Source: a virus
IMG/VR virus record: IMGVR_UViG_3300017605_000342
Span: 64,001-128,000 of that record
DNA length: 64,000 nt
Strand: one strand, 5' to 3'
The translations under genes and the position numbers were made by a program. The notes beneath the pieces are model-generated. The model made no database searches, was not told the DNA's origin, and worked only from the letters and a program-made list of their open reading frames with translations. Positions 28,101 to 37,488 of this stretch are shown here, in pieces. Numbering within the stretch: position 1 is the first letter of the stretch; each line of letters begins with the position of its first letter.

Positions 28101-28860
28101 CAATAAACCAATTGCCAACGGCAGCGCTTTTAGTCCCATCAGCAAGTACGTGGTCAGATATGGAAATACAGTCTCCGTTGGCCCGTCCATGTGGTGTCAT
28201 TGTTGTCACAACAATTGGGGTACCACCAGTACTTGAAGCTATTCGCACACGACTACTCTGATCCGAATGCCCATTAATAATTAGTGTTGCGGGCGTTACG
28301 TCTTGTCGCTCGTAGTACAACTTAAAGTCATTTGTCCAGAAACGATAGTACGCGGCTGCTGCAAAGTCTTTGACAATCTGTCCAAAGGTTGTTGTAGGGT
28401 CAACGAAATAATAAGGTACCAACTGCCCGTCTTCGACAGCAGTAACATCAAACTTTCCCGGTGCAATACGGTTAGCCAAGTCTTTAATAATCGCGCCTTG
28501 TGTTTGGTTGATGTACACAGGCAGAATACCTAATGGAGCAAGATTCAAAATATAGCTATCGTCTGTTCCGGTAAAATGCCATGACCAGGTAGGTTGATCG
28601 GTAGGTGAATATTTCCCCACGTACTCTAACTGCGGCGCGTTTGTAACGAAGCCAGTCCAGTAAGTAGGATCTGAGTCAGTACCTAAAACAAAGTAACTAC
28701 CACGACGCGGTAGGACAAATCCACTACCCCACGCAGCCATATCCAAGTCAATCGTTGTAGGTTCGTTGACTGATTGCTTTATGACAGGTGACCCTGTTAA
28801 ATATTTGATGTAATCAATACCGGCCAACGTGGGGTCGGTAGAAGTTAATGTTAGTACCAT
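25162..28860 (-). CDS. Large tail tip/hub protein with C-terminal FN3-like domains
   Basis: 1232 aa, downstream of tape measure; QGAIIKDLANRI hub-like helix; VRAYDAAGNYS. Confidence 0.75.
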   Translation of the reverse strand: MVLTLTSTDPTLAGIDYIKYLTGSPVIKQSVNEPTTIDLDMAAWGSGFVLPRRGSYFVLGTDSDPTYWTGFVTNAPQLEYVGKYSPTDQPTWSWHFTGTDDSYILNLAPLGILPVYINQTQGAIIKDLANRIAPGKFDVTAVEDGQLVPYYFVDPTTTFGQIVKDFAAAAYYRFWTNDFKLYYERQDVTPATLIINGHSDQSSRVRIASSTGGTPIVVTTMTPHGRANGDCISISDHVLADGTKSAAVGNWFIESVGASNFTLTDSVGNGTGTATGWAGKHNPHFTPGRLSIGPITDPVINDAIVLGDVEPQGLMNEFWVGDGLTNAFPMASSVYGVDSALLLDDIFSGAAVDSNIWTEVDSVNNVIRVDNGYLNIIGNAADAYGVYLQSKALIPLQGNLRLTHGEFDFVTDSGSGIIASLWTSTPSSSMAGCVFGIQVVGTDLHPIINGVVQSDTYTVSTLADNKRYILRTLVTFQNINRHDREYLFRTITGTLGSFGGNTVADIPVYRTIITEIDATTGRPTTNQTIWTHAGSNTGVGAGQFFAAYVPVVSNNLHITLSNITISVPMQVSLSTVDKDLWYPERNKFDIGTGAPIEEDFTSITWTPKQVGPNEIDSYDGMGPVATIITSRQGRIDSGNILGSTLYNAGDATLTFFKDSTKLSANTPTPGQIMRLRYRRAGIAIGRAQNADLITSEAAVWGDNGLRTITKKDLSPLPRTSVECEMAAAALVAEGSYQHYAGTYEQFSTVEFTGVPRPGTILRFANLPAGLPVSQSEVITSVESLIDSKSKDIVKHTVTFGKIDQVKKFLASLKVPPNPFAPTDTAELPTAADLAEIIETTNALSLLFNSITLTLTYGGTSELLPATAIDVLVDLRLKAWTSVPSDTFVSGLTVDEDDPNYFVISIGQAPPVGGGFELRYADQGWGDANNTNYLVYDTITNGQTTASEFKIARRRETICFVRAYDAAGNYSRFSSGIRIVFPEIPGNPSSIVAKGGTIKHPVFKANLPITTAGTILLSSDVYGLVATFNNLLSLSSNVFTDSRGVGTAISPYIPIGVDNPGPYNITPTNDGFQYEGATVFLPGGATIFDSGFINFETEIPMQKGVSVFFIWIRAIDVTADDGLYVRLNIKDDAAPGESIQPYGFYSRQDYLLTGDWQPLATVVDLPRVPAAVSAATILNYNLVVHNINTVDLNLRVCLPFVGTSFYNHSDIVLGASEDGPGLNFTYDNVGETE

Positions 28861-29675
28861 TACTTATACGTATATCTTGTAGGTAAATTAAAGACTCTAG
28901 GTTTAAAATTTAAACCATACTTATTCTGCCACTCCCACACTGCACTGACGTGGCGATAAACTTTGTAAAATTCATCGATCTCTCCACGAGAGATGTAGTG
29001 TGTTGCAAACCCTTCAATGCCCTTGCGGTTTTGTGATCCAGTGTGCAAGACTAGCGCACCAACCAAGTCCTTGTACAATCCCATTTCTTCCAGCATTTTT
29101 ACATACGCCGACATCTGCAAAAACGCCGTGTCAGATACGGACTTACCAGACTTAATGTCTACAACGTACAAACCTTCAGGTAAGCTTAGTGGTTTACTGC
29201 CGTTGACTTCGTAAGTACCACTCTTAATACTCACCACTCCGTCAGTAGTACCAGCTTCTCGGTACTTCAGGGAATAAACCATACGCTCGGATTCTAGAAT
29301 AGTAGGTTTTACAACCTTCACAAACTGCACCAGTCTCCAGAATGCTAGCGCCTCGTCTTGGTCTTCTATGAAATATCTAGGCTTGGTGTCTACGACATTT
29401 GGTTCGTTATCATACTGCCCGTCTAGGTTAACAAAGACCTCGCCACCTTTGACGTATGTTTCAAACGCTTTGTGTATACTTGACCCCTTTTGCTGAGACT
29501 CTTTCAGGCGTTTGTCAGCCAACTCGTTACCAATATCACCGCGCCATTTGGCAAGATACGGTGCACCAACAGCGGATAATTTGGTTGTAACTGAGGGTAA
29601 GTAAACCTGACCTTCGCTATCTAAATCAATACGGTAGTAATGCTCGTTATACCATGAAACTTGTTTTACAGTCAA
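28860..29675 (-). CDS. PD-(D/E)xK exonuclease (Cas4/RecB-like phage nuclease)
   Basis: LPSVTTKL, GSSIH, AGTTD, VDIKSG, QMSAY. Confidence 0.85.
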   Translation of the reverse strand: MTVKQVSWYNEHYYRIDLDSEGQVYLPSVTTKLSAVGAPYLAKWRGDIGNELADKRLKESQQKGSSIHKAFETYVKGGEVFVNLDGQYDNEPNVVDTKPRYFIEDQDEALAFWRLVQFVKVVKPTILESERMVYSLKYREAGTTDGVVSIKSGTYEVNGSKPLSLPEGLYVVDIKSGKSVSDTAFLQMSAYVKMLEEMGLYKDLVGALVLHTGSQNRKGIEGFATHYISRGEIDEFYKVYRHVSAVWEWQNKYGLNFKPRVFNLPTRYTYK

Positions 29676-29682
29676 TGGGCCT

Positions 29683-30042
29683 CTATTCCAGCAATTCTAG
29701 CTGTTTCAATAAAGCTTCTGCTTTTTCTTTCCCTATTACTTCCAACAACTTACGTCGCTTTGTATCATTGCCTTTTGTCTTAAATAGCAGCAACAGCAAC
29801 ATGTCAAAGATAGTCTCTGATAAGCGGACGTTTTGGAACGAATTGCAATCCAACGTGAGGGTGAATCCTAACAGATCCTCGATACGGTCTGTCAGGAATT
29901 CACTATAATTGAGATCGCAGTTTTTGAAGGTAAGTCCACGTAGGTTCTTGAATTTACAGTTAACCAACAGAGCATTGTCAAAGTCTCTATTTACAGCAGT
30001 TAGATCTTCATCAATATGTTGTTCAGTGAACACACGTAACAT
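29683..30042 (-). CDS. Short pentapeptide-repeat-like protein
   Basis: DFDNA LLVNC KF..L TFKNC DLNYS EF periodicity. Confidence 0.55.
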   Translation of the reverse strand: MLRVFTEQHIDEDLTAVNRDFDNALLVNCKFKNLRGLTFKNCDLNYSEFLTDRIEDLLGFTLTLDCNSFQNVRLSETIFDMLLLLLFKTKGNDTKRRKLLEVIGKEKAEALLKQLELLE

Positions 30043-30048
30043 TGTGAA

Positions 30049-30077
30049 AGCTTACCACATTTGCGGGTCTATGTCAA
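30049..30077 (-). promoter_or_regulatory. Sigma70-type promoter, likely leaderless transcript
   Basis: TTGACA-17 bp-TAAGCT with TG extension; ATG begins 7 nt after the -10. Confidence 0.75.
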
Positions 30078-30084
30078 GCATTAC

Positions 30085-33000
30085 TTACGAGTTGTTAAAT
30101 CCAAAACGCGACTGGTCTGCAAAGAACGCAGTCATAGGGTCAATGATCTGGTTTGGAGTGATAGGGGCACCGCCCGTATTAATGTCAATCTTAATTTGTG
30201 GTGCCCCAACGGTTACATTAGTAATGCGTGGGCTGATCTGGCTTTGTAAAGCCGGATCTAGAGAGAAGTTCCCGGTAACCGGATCTCGCTTAATACCATT
30301 GATGATAGCTTGAATGTCCTTCCATTTTTGAATCTGACGATCTAGAGACTGCTCGTCTAACTGGTTCTGACGATCTTTTAGTTTTCCAGTATCTAGTGTA
30401 AGATTAAATATCGATTTTGTTTTTTCAAAAACCTTTTGCTTTGCAGCAATCTCTAGGTTTAACAATCGTATCTGTTCTTGAGTTTCTTTCTGCTTATCTG
30501 CAAAATCTTCACGTAATTTAACTAGAGCATTACCACGTTGAACAACGCCAGCAACACGGGCCTCGATAGCATCAGCAGTTAGTAGTTCAAACTGAGCTTT
30601 GTTAAACTCTTCCTGATCTTTGACCATCTGCTTGATCAGGTCGGAACGTTGTTTGAATAGGTCGTTCAATTCAAGCGCATTTGAAATAGCTTCCTTTTCT
30701 GCATCAACTAGGTCGTCTAGTAGGTCACCCTGAAGCTTCTCCAAAGAACGTGACAAGAACTCTACAGCGTTTTGTTGTTTTTCTAGAGTGAATTCCCCTT
30801 CACGGAATGAGTCAACATATGCCTGAACTTTTTTATTAACATCGTCCCAAGCACTACTAAAATTACGCAGAGCATCATTGCCTAGACGAAGCGCCCCTAG
30901 CTCATCTTCGAAAGAATCTTGGACTTCTTGTTGTTGCTTAATTAAGTCTTTGATAGATCTATCAAATTCAGGTAGTAGCTCTTCTAACTGCTTCTTACCA
31001 CCCTTTTTACCACTCAGACGTTCAATTGCCTGTAGTCGCTGTCTTTCCAACTCCCCGATGGTTCGACCCAAAGTTTCAGACTGATCGCGGAAATTTTCTA
31101 AAGTTTTGTCAAAAGCTTTTTTAATTTTCTCAGCAAGCCGTTTAGCCGCTGCTGTAAACGCTGACGCAATCAAAGACACTACAGCTCCAGCCGCCTGAAC
31201 GATAGGACCACCGGCTCCTAGTGCTTTTTGAAATATGGTTCCTACCTGAGATAATCCGGCACCTACTGCACCACCTATGCCAGCACTTTGGAAACCTTGT
31301 ATGACAGCACTAATTGCGCCTTCTAGTTTATTAACTACAGACAACACTGAGTTACCGAATTTAGATAAACCACTTTCTCTAAGGTGTTCAAAGTCAGATG
31401 TTAGCTTAGCTAGTTCTTCTCTAAGAGGATCTATAACTTCAGGCCCTAACTTAAGCTTACTAGCTTGTTCTATGCTACTCTGGACCTGCGCGATGCGTTC
31501 TCGTAGTACTTCACGTGCCGCATCAACAGCGGTTAGATCCAACCCAGTAACATCTTCTAAAGCACGCTTACCTCTACTTGCCGTTTTTCTACGCTCAGCA
31601 ATACGCTGGTCAATTGCAGCCCGTAGCTCTGCTTGACGCAAAGCCTCAACCGCATTTTTCTGCCGTTCCAATGCCGCAATGTTTCTTAACGCGGGTTCTA
31701 ATGCAGCCTGTTGCTGTTGTAGTCTTTGAAGTTCTACTTCAGCAAGACGCAGCTCTCCGTCAGCAACTAGGTGTGCCCCTTTAGCAAGTTCTACTTGATT
31801 TTTTAATCGCTGATCGTTTGACAGCGTGCCCTGCTCTTGTACGGCTATTAGTTGCTCTAATCCCTGTTGTTCTATTTTAACAAGGTCAATAGAAATAGCT
31901 AGTAGTTCTTGAGCTTCCTTACGACGCTGAATAACTCTGCTTGCAGAGTTAGCATTCATTGCCCTAGTAAAATCTTCGTCCAATTCCTGTTGCTTTCGTT
32001 TAAAATCTCCAGACTTGTCAAAACCTTCTGTATCGCCAGTCAGCGCTTTTTGTGTGTCTTTGGCAATCTGTATTTGACGGTTTAGATCTTCTTGAGCATT
32101 TACTTGACGGCGCAATATCAAAGATTCTTGTGCATCAATAATAGCACTTTCTAATGCAACACCATCTTGAACCTGTAACTGTAGTATCTCCGCATCTGCT
32201 TCTTTTTGCAGTTCTACCCTCTTATCTTGAAACGCAGTTTCAAATGCTAGTTTCTTACCAATCGCTATGCTTAATTGTATCTCTGATAACTGATCCAACC
32301 TTGCTGATTCTCGGCGTAACTTAGCTGCTTGAGTTATCAACTGACGTTGGCGTGGAATACTGTTAGCACTTGCCGTCTTTCTTTCCCGTTCAATATCAGT
32401 GATTTCTTTTTTAATAGCTTCTTGACGTAGTTCTGTAACTTTACTGATTGTTTCGGATTCGTCAACAACACGTACTTTGTTAAATTCTTTGAACAAATCT
32501 TCGGCTTGACGTAAGGCTTCTTTAGTAGCGTCCAAGTCATCTTTAAATTTGTCTTCACGATCTTTACGTAAAATAAGATTTACATCATGACGGGCCTTTA
32601 GCTCAGCTATCTGAGAGTCTTTGATTGCCTTACCTTCAAGCTCGGCTAGTGCATTAGCGCGTTTTTCGGCATCATCTTTAGGCTCTGTTAAACCTGGAAA
32701 TCTTTTTCTTTTCTTTTCAAGTTCTTCGATTTGCTTTTCTAGTTCTTTAAGTTCTGTTTTTGCAGCTACAAGGCTGGCTTCTGTGGCAGCTTTTTCAGCA
32801 TCCGTTGCCCTACTTATGACAAGACTTTGCTTAACTCTTTTTTGAGTAAGCTTTTCGACGGTTTCTCCTAGTTGAATGACACGAATATTAGAACGTTCTA
32901 ACTCATCGTTGAACTTTTGAATGTCATCAACATCCCCGAACAGTCTTTTCTTTTCTGCTCTAATTTCTTCTATTCTATTAAACTGCTCTCTTTGAACGGA

Positions 33001-36000
33001 GTCAATTAATTCCTTAGCTTTTCCTACTTCGTTGAAAACACCCTCACTAAATCTAAGATCTGTAAGCTCACGAATTCTAGCTTCATTGCTTTCTATGCTA
33101 GAAAGAAATAACTGCAAATCCGATTCAATAAGTTCTAGGCGACGACGAACAGCTACTTGCGCATCTGCCAATCCTGTTTCAATTGCTACACCTACACTCT
33201 TACCTAGCTCTTGTGCTTCTTTAGGCAAAGCTCTTTGAGCAGCAACCAACGGGGCCTGCACAGTATTGCGCAAAAGCTCTTTCATACCCACACCACCGCT
33301 GGCAGGGGCTTTTGCAAGCTCTTTGTCAATTTCTGTGATCTTCTTTATAAGCAACTGTCTTGCTTCGAAGATTGGAACAGATCCTTTTATGATTTCTTTC
33401 TTTCTTACTTCAGAAGTTTCTTTTTCTAAAAGTCTGCTCTTTTCTATAATTTGTACATGTGTTTCTTTAAGTTCATCAAGTAATCCTGCACGTTGTGTAG
33501 TCAATTCTTGCAGTGCTTTTTCTGGAAGTTTACTTACCTCTGCTGCTCCCACTATTTGATCCAATGCTTGGTTTACAGCCTTGACAGCGTTAGCCACAGC
33601 AGCCGGACCTATAGTAACTGCACCGATAGCCCCACTACCAGTACCACGGCTCTTTTCCGCAATCTGGCGGTTCAAAGATTCCAGAGCAGTTTCCGCTCTT
33701 TCCGCATTGTCCGCAAGTGATTTGAATGGATTGATGCTTGCGATCTTAAGTAAGATAGAGGCTAAGTCTGTTACTGTAGACAGTAAACTACCAAAGACAG
33801 ATCCTAAAGAAGATGCAAAATTAGTAATAGTGTCTTCGTTTTTTTCGAAAACTTCGATGATACGCTGCAATCCTGAAAGAGAAGCGTCGAACAACCCTTT
33901 AGAGAATGCACCAGAAAATATTTTTAGAAACAGTTCAACTTTGTCTAGAAGTCGTGCAAATATTCTGTCAGATAACTGCAAGCTCTTGGCTTGGTTGCTA
34001 GACAAAGACACCAGCACTTCAAATAGATTGCCTTCTTCTTTAGCTGTTCTGACTATCGCTGCTAGTTCATCGCTTGTTCTCTTCAGTGCACGCGGCAACG
34101 CATCTCGGGCAGTTACACCTTCTGTAAGTAACTTACTGATTTCTGAAACTGTACGTCTGGCATCCTTTAAGGAAATACCAACCGAACCCAAATCCTGAAT
34201 AATAAGCTCTACGGAACCTACAGCCTTCTCGATGTCACCACCAACAGCACGTAAACCACCCGACTGCACAAAGGATTCGAATGCCTGCTGGAAAACTTCG
34301 CTCGACGTGTTTACTCTAGTCGATGCAAGTTCTAGTCGTCTAGTTAGAGCTTCGGCAGCTTCCGTTCCCAACTCAAAGTTAGTAGCAATATCCGCAGAAA
34401 ATCTGACGTTCTGTAGTAAGATTTCTCTTACTTGAATCATACGTTCTTGAAAGTCAATCAAGAATGCCAATCCCTTCTGTATTGCTAATCCAACACCTTC
34501 GATAGGTGCCAAAGCACTACTGATAAGTGGGCCAGCTAATCTCCAAGCCAACTGGAACTTAATAACCGAACCTACCGACTGTCCTATGTTCTTCTCAAAC
34601 CCTTTTAAGATCTCGTTGAAGAACGTTCCTTTAGCGTTTGCTTTATCTTGTTCACGCTGAACTTTACGCAGATCTGTAATCACCGCTGTCATTGATGGTG
34701 GAGGCGGTGTTACAGGGGGCTTAACTGGAATAGGTGGGGTACCCGGAGGCGCACCAGGAGGTGGTGCTAATCCAACACCGGGCGGATGTGCGCGTAGTTG
34801 TGCGATCTCTTTTTCAATCACACGTATGCGCTCTAGTCTCTGTTTTTCAACAGCATCTAGTTGCTTATCGACAGCTTTTGCAGCCAACACTTTTTCAGTA
34901 TTAGCTGAACTGTTAAGAAACTTTATATTGTCGTTAATGAACTGCTGACGCTTAATCTGTTCATCAGCCAATAAAGCTTTCTCTGTGTCTAGTTGTTTTT
35001 CTTTAGATTCTATCTCTCTATTGTGCTGATCTAGTAGTCTTTTTTCTTCTGCTAATCGTTCTTTTCTTAGCTTTGTGGCTTCCTTGTTACTGTCCTTGGA
35101 GATCTTAATAGTTCTCTCTGTTTCGTCAGTAAGTGTTTTAAGCTTCTTCGCACTTAGCTCATTAAATGCTGTTGCTATGTCTTCGTTAGCCTGATCTTGA
35201 GCTTTTTTATTGTCAGAGATAGTCTGTTGAAATGCCGCTTTTTCTTTCTGTGTCTTAGCTTCGTTAGCTTCTAAGGATAATTGTATACCCTTTGCTTCTA
35301 GCTCAGCTTTACGCAACACTAACTTCTCAAAGTCCGGTAGCTGTGCTTCAAAATCCTTAACTTGCTTTTCAAACGTGTCAGTACTTTTAGTAGCTGCGGG
35401 TTTGGGAACAATCTGAAGTTCTTGTAATCTCTTTAGACTACCCGCCTTGTCTATTTCGCTTAGTTTGTTATTTGCAGCAGTAGCTTCTTGCTGGCGACGG
35501 GTACTTAAATCCTTTTCAGCACGTAGCAATTCCTCGTTAAGCGCAATAATATCGGCGTTCGCTCCGCGCTTTCTTAGCTTGCTAGTAGCAATCTCCTGCT
35601 GCTCGGCCTTATCTATGGCGGCGGCGGCTGTTGTAGTTTTGCTTTTTGCATCTGCTTCTGCTGCGTCTCTTATCTTATTAAACTCGACAGAAGCTTGCTT
35701 AGATGCGGCAATAATCTTATTAGGCAACGCCCCCGCAATGCGGTCGAATTGCGTTCCAAAAGACTTCAGCAACCCTAGCTCTTCATTCAGGGTTTTCTGC
35801 AAAGTCGCAACTTCATGCTGACGCGATGCATCGTTCTGAGCTGCTAGCAAATTATCTGCGGCCTTCTCGATGTCAACACGCTTCTGTAAAAAATCCAACT
35901 GCAAAGATTCTAACTTAGCCAAATCCGCCCGAACTTTGTCGGCTTTGGGCAAACCAGTGGGCAGGTCTACAACAGCGGCTTTCAAACCTACAACAGTGTC

Positions 36001-37488
36001 CGCTCGCGCTGACTGTTTCTCGGATATGGTCTTGAAAATCTTTGCACGGTCTGCATCTAGACGCAGTTGTTTTGAAATCTCGGCAGTGATAGCCTTTTCA
36101 GTTTCAAGGGACTGTCGTTGTAGAGTATTAAGTTCTGCGGTAAGTTCTAAAGAAGCTTTTTTAAGATCTTCTATTTCCCCTTCTACTTTAGCAACATTGG
36201 CTGTTTCTTCGTTGCTTAAAGAAATACCAGTGCCTTTCTTCTTAGAAAGATCTCGTCTAAGTAACAAGGATTCATTGTCAGATTCAAGTTTACGAATCTT
36301 TGACTGTATGTCTAAGAATTCTTGTATCTTCTTATTAAGTTGTTCTTGTAAAGCTATGTTCGCCTGGATCTTTGTTGGATGTAGCGGGTTTGATACAGGC
36401 ACTTTAAATGCTGCGGCCTGTACAGCAAACGCCTTTGCGCGAGCTAGGGCATCTTCTGCTGCCTTAGAGAAATCAGTTACAGCTTCTCCAAGCGGACGAA
36501 ATGTTTCTCCTTCTTCTGTGATCTTGAACCCAACACGCTTAACCAGCTCAAGAACAGCTTTCCCACCACGTTCTGCGGTTCTAAACTGGTCCGCCTCACC
36601 GTCAGATGCAATCTTATTTAGAGCAGTTGTTGTTTCCTTCTTTGAATTAATTCGACGCTTTTCTAGCTCAGCTAAAGACTCAAAGTTCTTGCGAGCAGCA
36701 TTTAAATCGGACTTACTAACCGAACTGCTGTCTAAAGATATCTGTCTTTGTAACGACAAAAATCTTTCCAAAGAATCCAAAAATTCTGGAGAAAACCCTT
36801 TGGCTACTTTGGCAAAATCTATTCTAGTTTGTAGCAACGATGCGTCATGGATCGCTGCCATTCCTTTTCCTAAAGTGTCTAAGAACTCTTTCAGTTCTTT
36901 GGAACGCTTTGCGGCTGTTGACGAACTATTACTTAGTTTAAGAAGTTTATTAGAAAGTAATTCAAGTTTTTCTTGTGTTTCGTTAGTACCCTTGATACCA
37001 CGAAATGCATCAATAAATCCTTCACCAACTAGCTTCTTGATGGAATTAAGTTCTCTGGTAATCTTTGCTTTTTCGGCTGCTAGATTACCACCAATTTCTG
37101 TTATACCTGCTTTTTCGGCGGCCCGAGTTTTCCCAAGTTTTACTTGGATATTTTCCAAAACGGTCAGAGGGTTAGCGTCAAGTGTTTTCTGGGCAGTAGA
37201 CGCAGCTTTAGCTAGCTGTGCAGCAAGATCTTTATCATCGACCTCAAATGTAGTTTTGAAGGGCTTTGAGAAGTTCTTGTTTAAATCTTCAACAGCAGTC
37301 TTGATTAGATTTTTCTGTGTATTTAGATTTGCTTCTAACTTTGTAATAGATTTTTGATCTATGTTAAAGTTAAGAGACGTAGTAGTAATAGTCTTAGAAA
37401 AGACCTCCCACTGCTTGGCCAGTTCTTCGACCTTACGTCCGAAATCCTTCCCGTCTAATAGTACACTAAAAATTTCTTGAAATGCCAT
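30085..37488 (-). CDS. Tail tape measure protein
   Basis: 2467 aa, helical/coiled-coil, Gly/Ala hydrophobic segments, downstream of tube and chaperone. Confidence 0.9.
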   Translation of the reverse strand: MAFQEIFSVLLDGKDFGRKVEELAKQWEVFSKTITTTSLNFNIDQKSITKLEANLNTQKNLIKTAVEDLNKNFSKPFKTTFEVDDKDLAAQLAKAASTAQKTLDANPLTVLENIQVKLGKTRAAEKAGITEIGGNLAAEKAKITRELNSIKKLVGEGFIDAFRGIKGTNETQEKLELLSNKLLKLSNSSSTAAKRSKELKEFLDTLGKGMAAIHDASLLQTRIDFAKVAKGFSPEFLDSLERFLSLQRQISLDSSSVSKSDLNAARKNFESLAELEKRRINSKKETTTALNKIASDGEADQFRTAERGGKAVLELVKRVGFKITEEGETFRPLGEAVTDFSKAAEDALARAKAFAVQAAAFKVPVSNPLHPTKIQANIALQEQLNKKIQEFLDIQSKIRKLESDNESLLLRRDLSKKKGTGISLSNEETANVAKVEGEIEDLKKASLELTAELNTLQRQSLETEKAITAEISKQLRLDADRAKIFKTISEKQSARADTVVGLKAAVVDLPTGLPKADKVRADLAKLESLQLDFLQKRVDIEKAADNLLAAQNDASRQHEVATLQKTLNEELGLLKSFGTQFDRIAGALPNKIIAASKQASVEFNKIRDAAEADAKSKTTTAAAAIDKAEQQEIATSKLRKRGANADIIALNEELLRAEKDLSTRRQQEATAANNKLSEIDKAGSLKRLQELQIVPKPAATKSTDTFEKQVKDFEAQLPDFEKLVLRKAELEAKGIQLSLEANEAKTQKEKAAFQQTISDNKKAQDQANEDIATAFNELSAKKLKTLTDETERTIKISKDSNKEATKLRKERLAEEKRLLDQHNREIESKEKQLDTEKALLADEQIKRQQFINDNIKFLNSSANTEKVLAAKAVDKQLDAVEKQRLERIRVIEKEIAQLRAHPPGVGLAPPPGAPPGTPPIPVKPPVTPPPPSMTAVITDLRKVQREQDKANAKGTFFNEILKGFEKNIGQSVGSVIKFQLAWRLAGPLISSALAPIEGVGLAIQKGLAFLIDFQERMIQVREILLQNVRFSADIATNFELGTEAAEALTRRLELASTRVNTSSEVFQQAFESFVQSGGLRAVGGDIEKAVGSVELIIQDLGSVGISLKDARRTVSEISKLLTEGVTARDALPRALKRTSDELAAIVRTAKEEGNLFEVLVSLSSNQAKSLQLSDRIFARLLDKVELFLKIFSGAFSKGLFDASLSGLQRIIEVFEKNEDTITNFASSLGSVFGSLLSTVTDLASILLKIASINPFKSLADNAERAETALESLNRQIAEKSRGTGSGAIGAVTIGPAAVANAVKAVNQALDQIVGAAEVSKLPEKALQELTTQRAGLLDELKETHVQIIEKSRLLEKETSEVRKKEIIKGSVPIFEARQLLIKKITEIDKELAKAPASGGVGMKELLRNTVQAPLVAAQRALPKEAQELGKSVGVAIETGLADAQVAVRRRLELIESDLQLFLSSIESNEARIRELTDLRFSEGVFNEVGKAKELIDSVQREQFNRIEEIRAEKKRLFGDVDDIQKFNDELERSNIRVIQLGETVEKLTQKRVKQSLVISRATDAEKAATEASLVAAKTELKELEKQIEELEKKRKRFPGLTEPKDDAEKRANALAELEGKAIKDSQIAELKARHDVNLILRKDREDKFKDDLDATKEALRQAEDLFKEFNKVRVVDESETISKVTELRQEAIKKEITDIERERKTASANSIPRQRQLITQAAKLRRESARLDQLSEIQLSIAIGKKLAFETAFQDKRVELQKEADAEILQLQVQDGVALESAIIDAQESLILRRQVNAQEDLNRQIQIAKDTQKALTGDTEGFDKSGDFKRKQQELDEDFTRAMNANSASRVIQRRKEAQELLAISIDLVKIEQQGLEQLIAVQEQGTLSNDQRLKNQVELAKGAHLVADGELRLAEVELQRLQQQQAALEPALRNIAALERQKNAVEALRQAELRAAIDQRIAERRKTASRGKRALEDVTGLDLTAVDAAREVLRERIAQVQSSIEQASKLKLGPEVIDPLREELAKLTSDFEHLRESGLSKFGNSVLSVVNKLEGAISAVIQGFQSAGIGGAVGAGLSQVGTIFQKALGAGGPIVQAAGAVVSLIASAFTAAAKRLAEKIKKAFDKTLENFRDQSETLGRTIGELERQRLQAIERLSGKKGGKKQLEELLPEFDRSIKDLIKQQQEVQDSFEDELGALRLGNDALRNFSSAWDDVNKKVQAYVDSFREGEFTLEKQQNAVEFLSRSLEKLQGDLLDDLVDAEKEAISNALELNDLFKQRSDLIKQMVKDQEEFNKAQFELLTADAIEARVAGVVQRGNALVKLREDFADKQKETQEQIRLLNLEIAAKQKVFEKTKSIFNLTLDTGKLKDRQNQLDEQSLDRQIQKWKDIQAIINGIKRDPVTGNFSLDPALQSQISPRITNVTVGAPQIKIDINTGGAPITPNQIIDPMTAFFADQSRFGFNNS

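Noticed and set aside
28860-29675. Cas4 as part of a CRISPR-Cas system
   Set aside because: No Fe-S cysteine cluster, no other cas genes and no repeat-spacer array in the window
35870-37357. 495-aa + strand ORF and other antisense ORFs over the tape measure and structural genes
   Set aside because: Ser/Leu/Phe-rich mirror of coiled-coil codons, with no RBS or motifs; shadow ORFs
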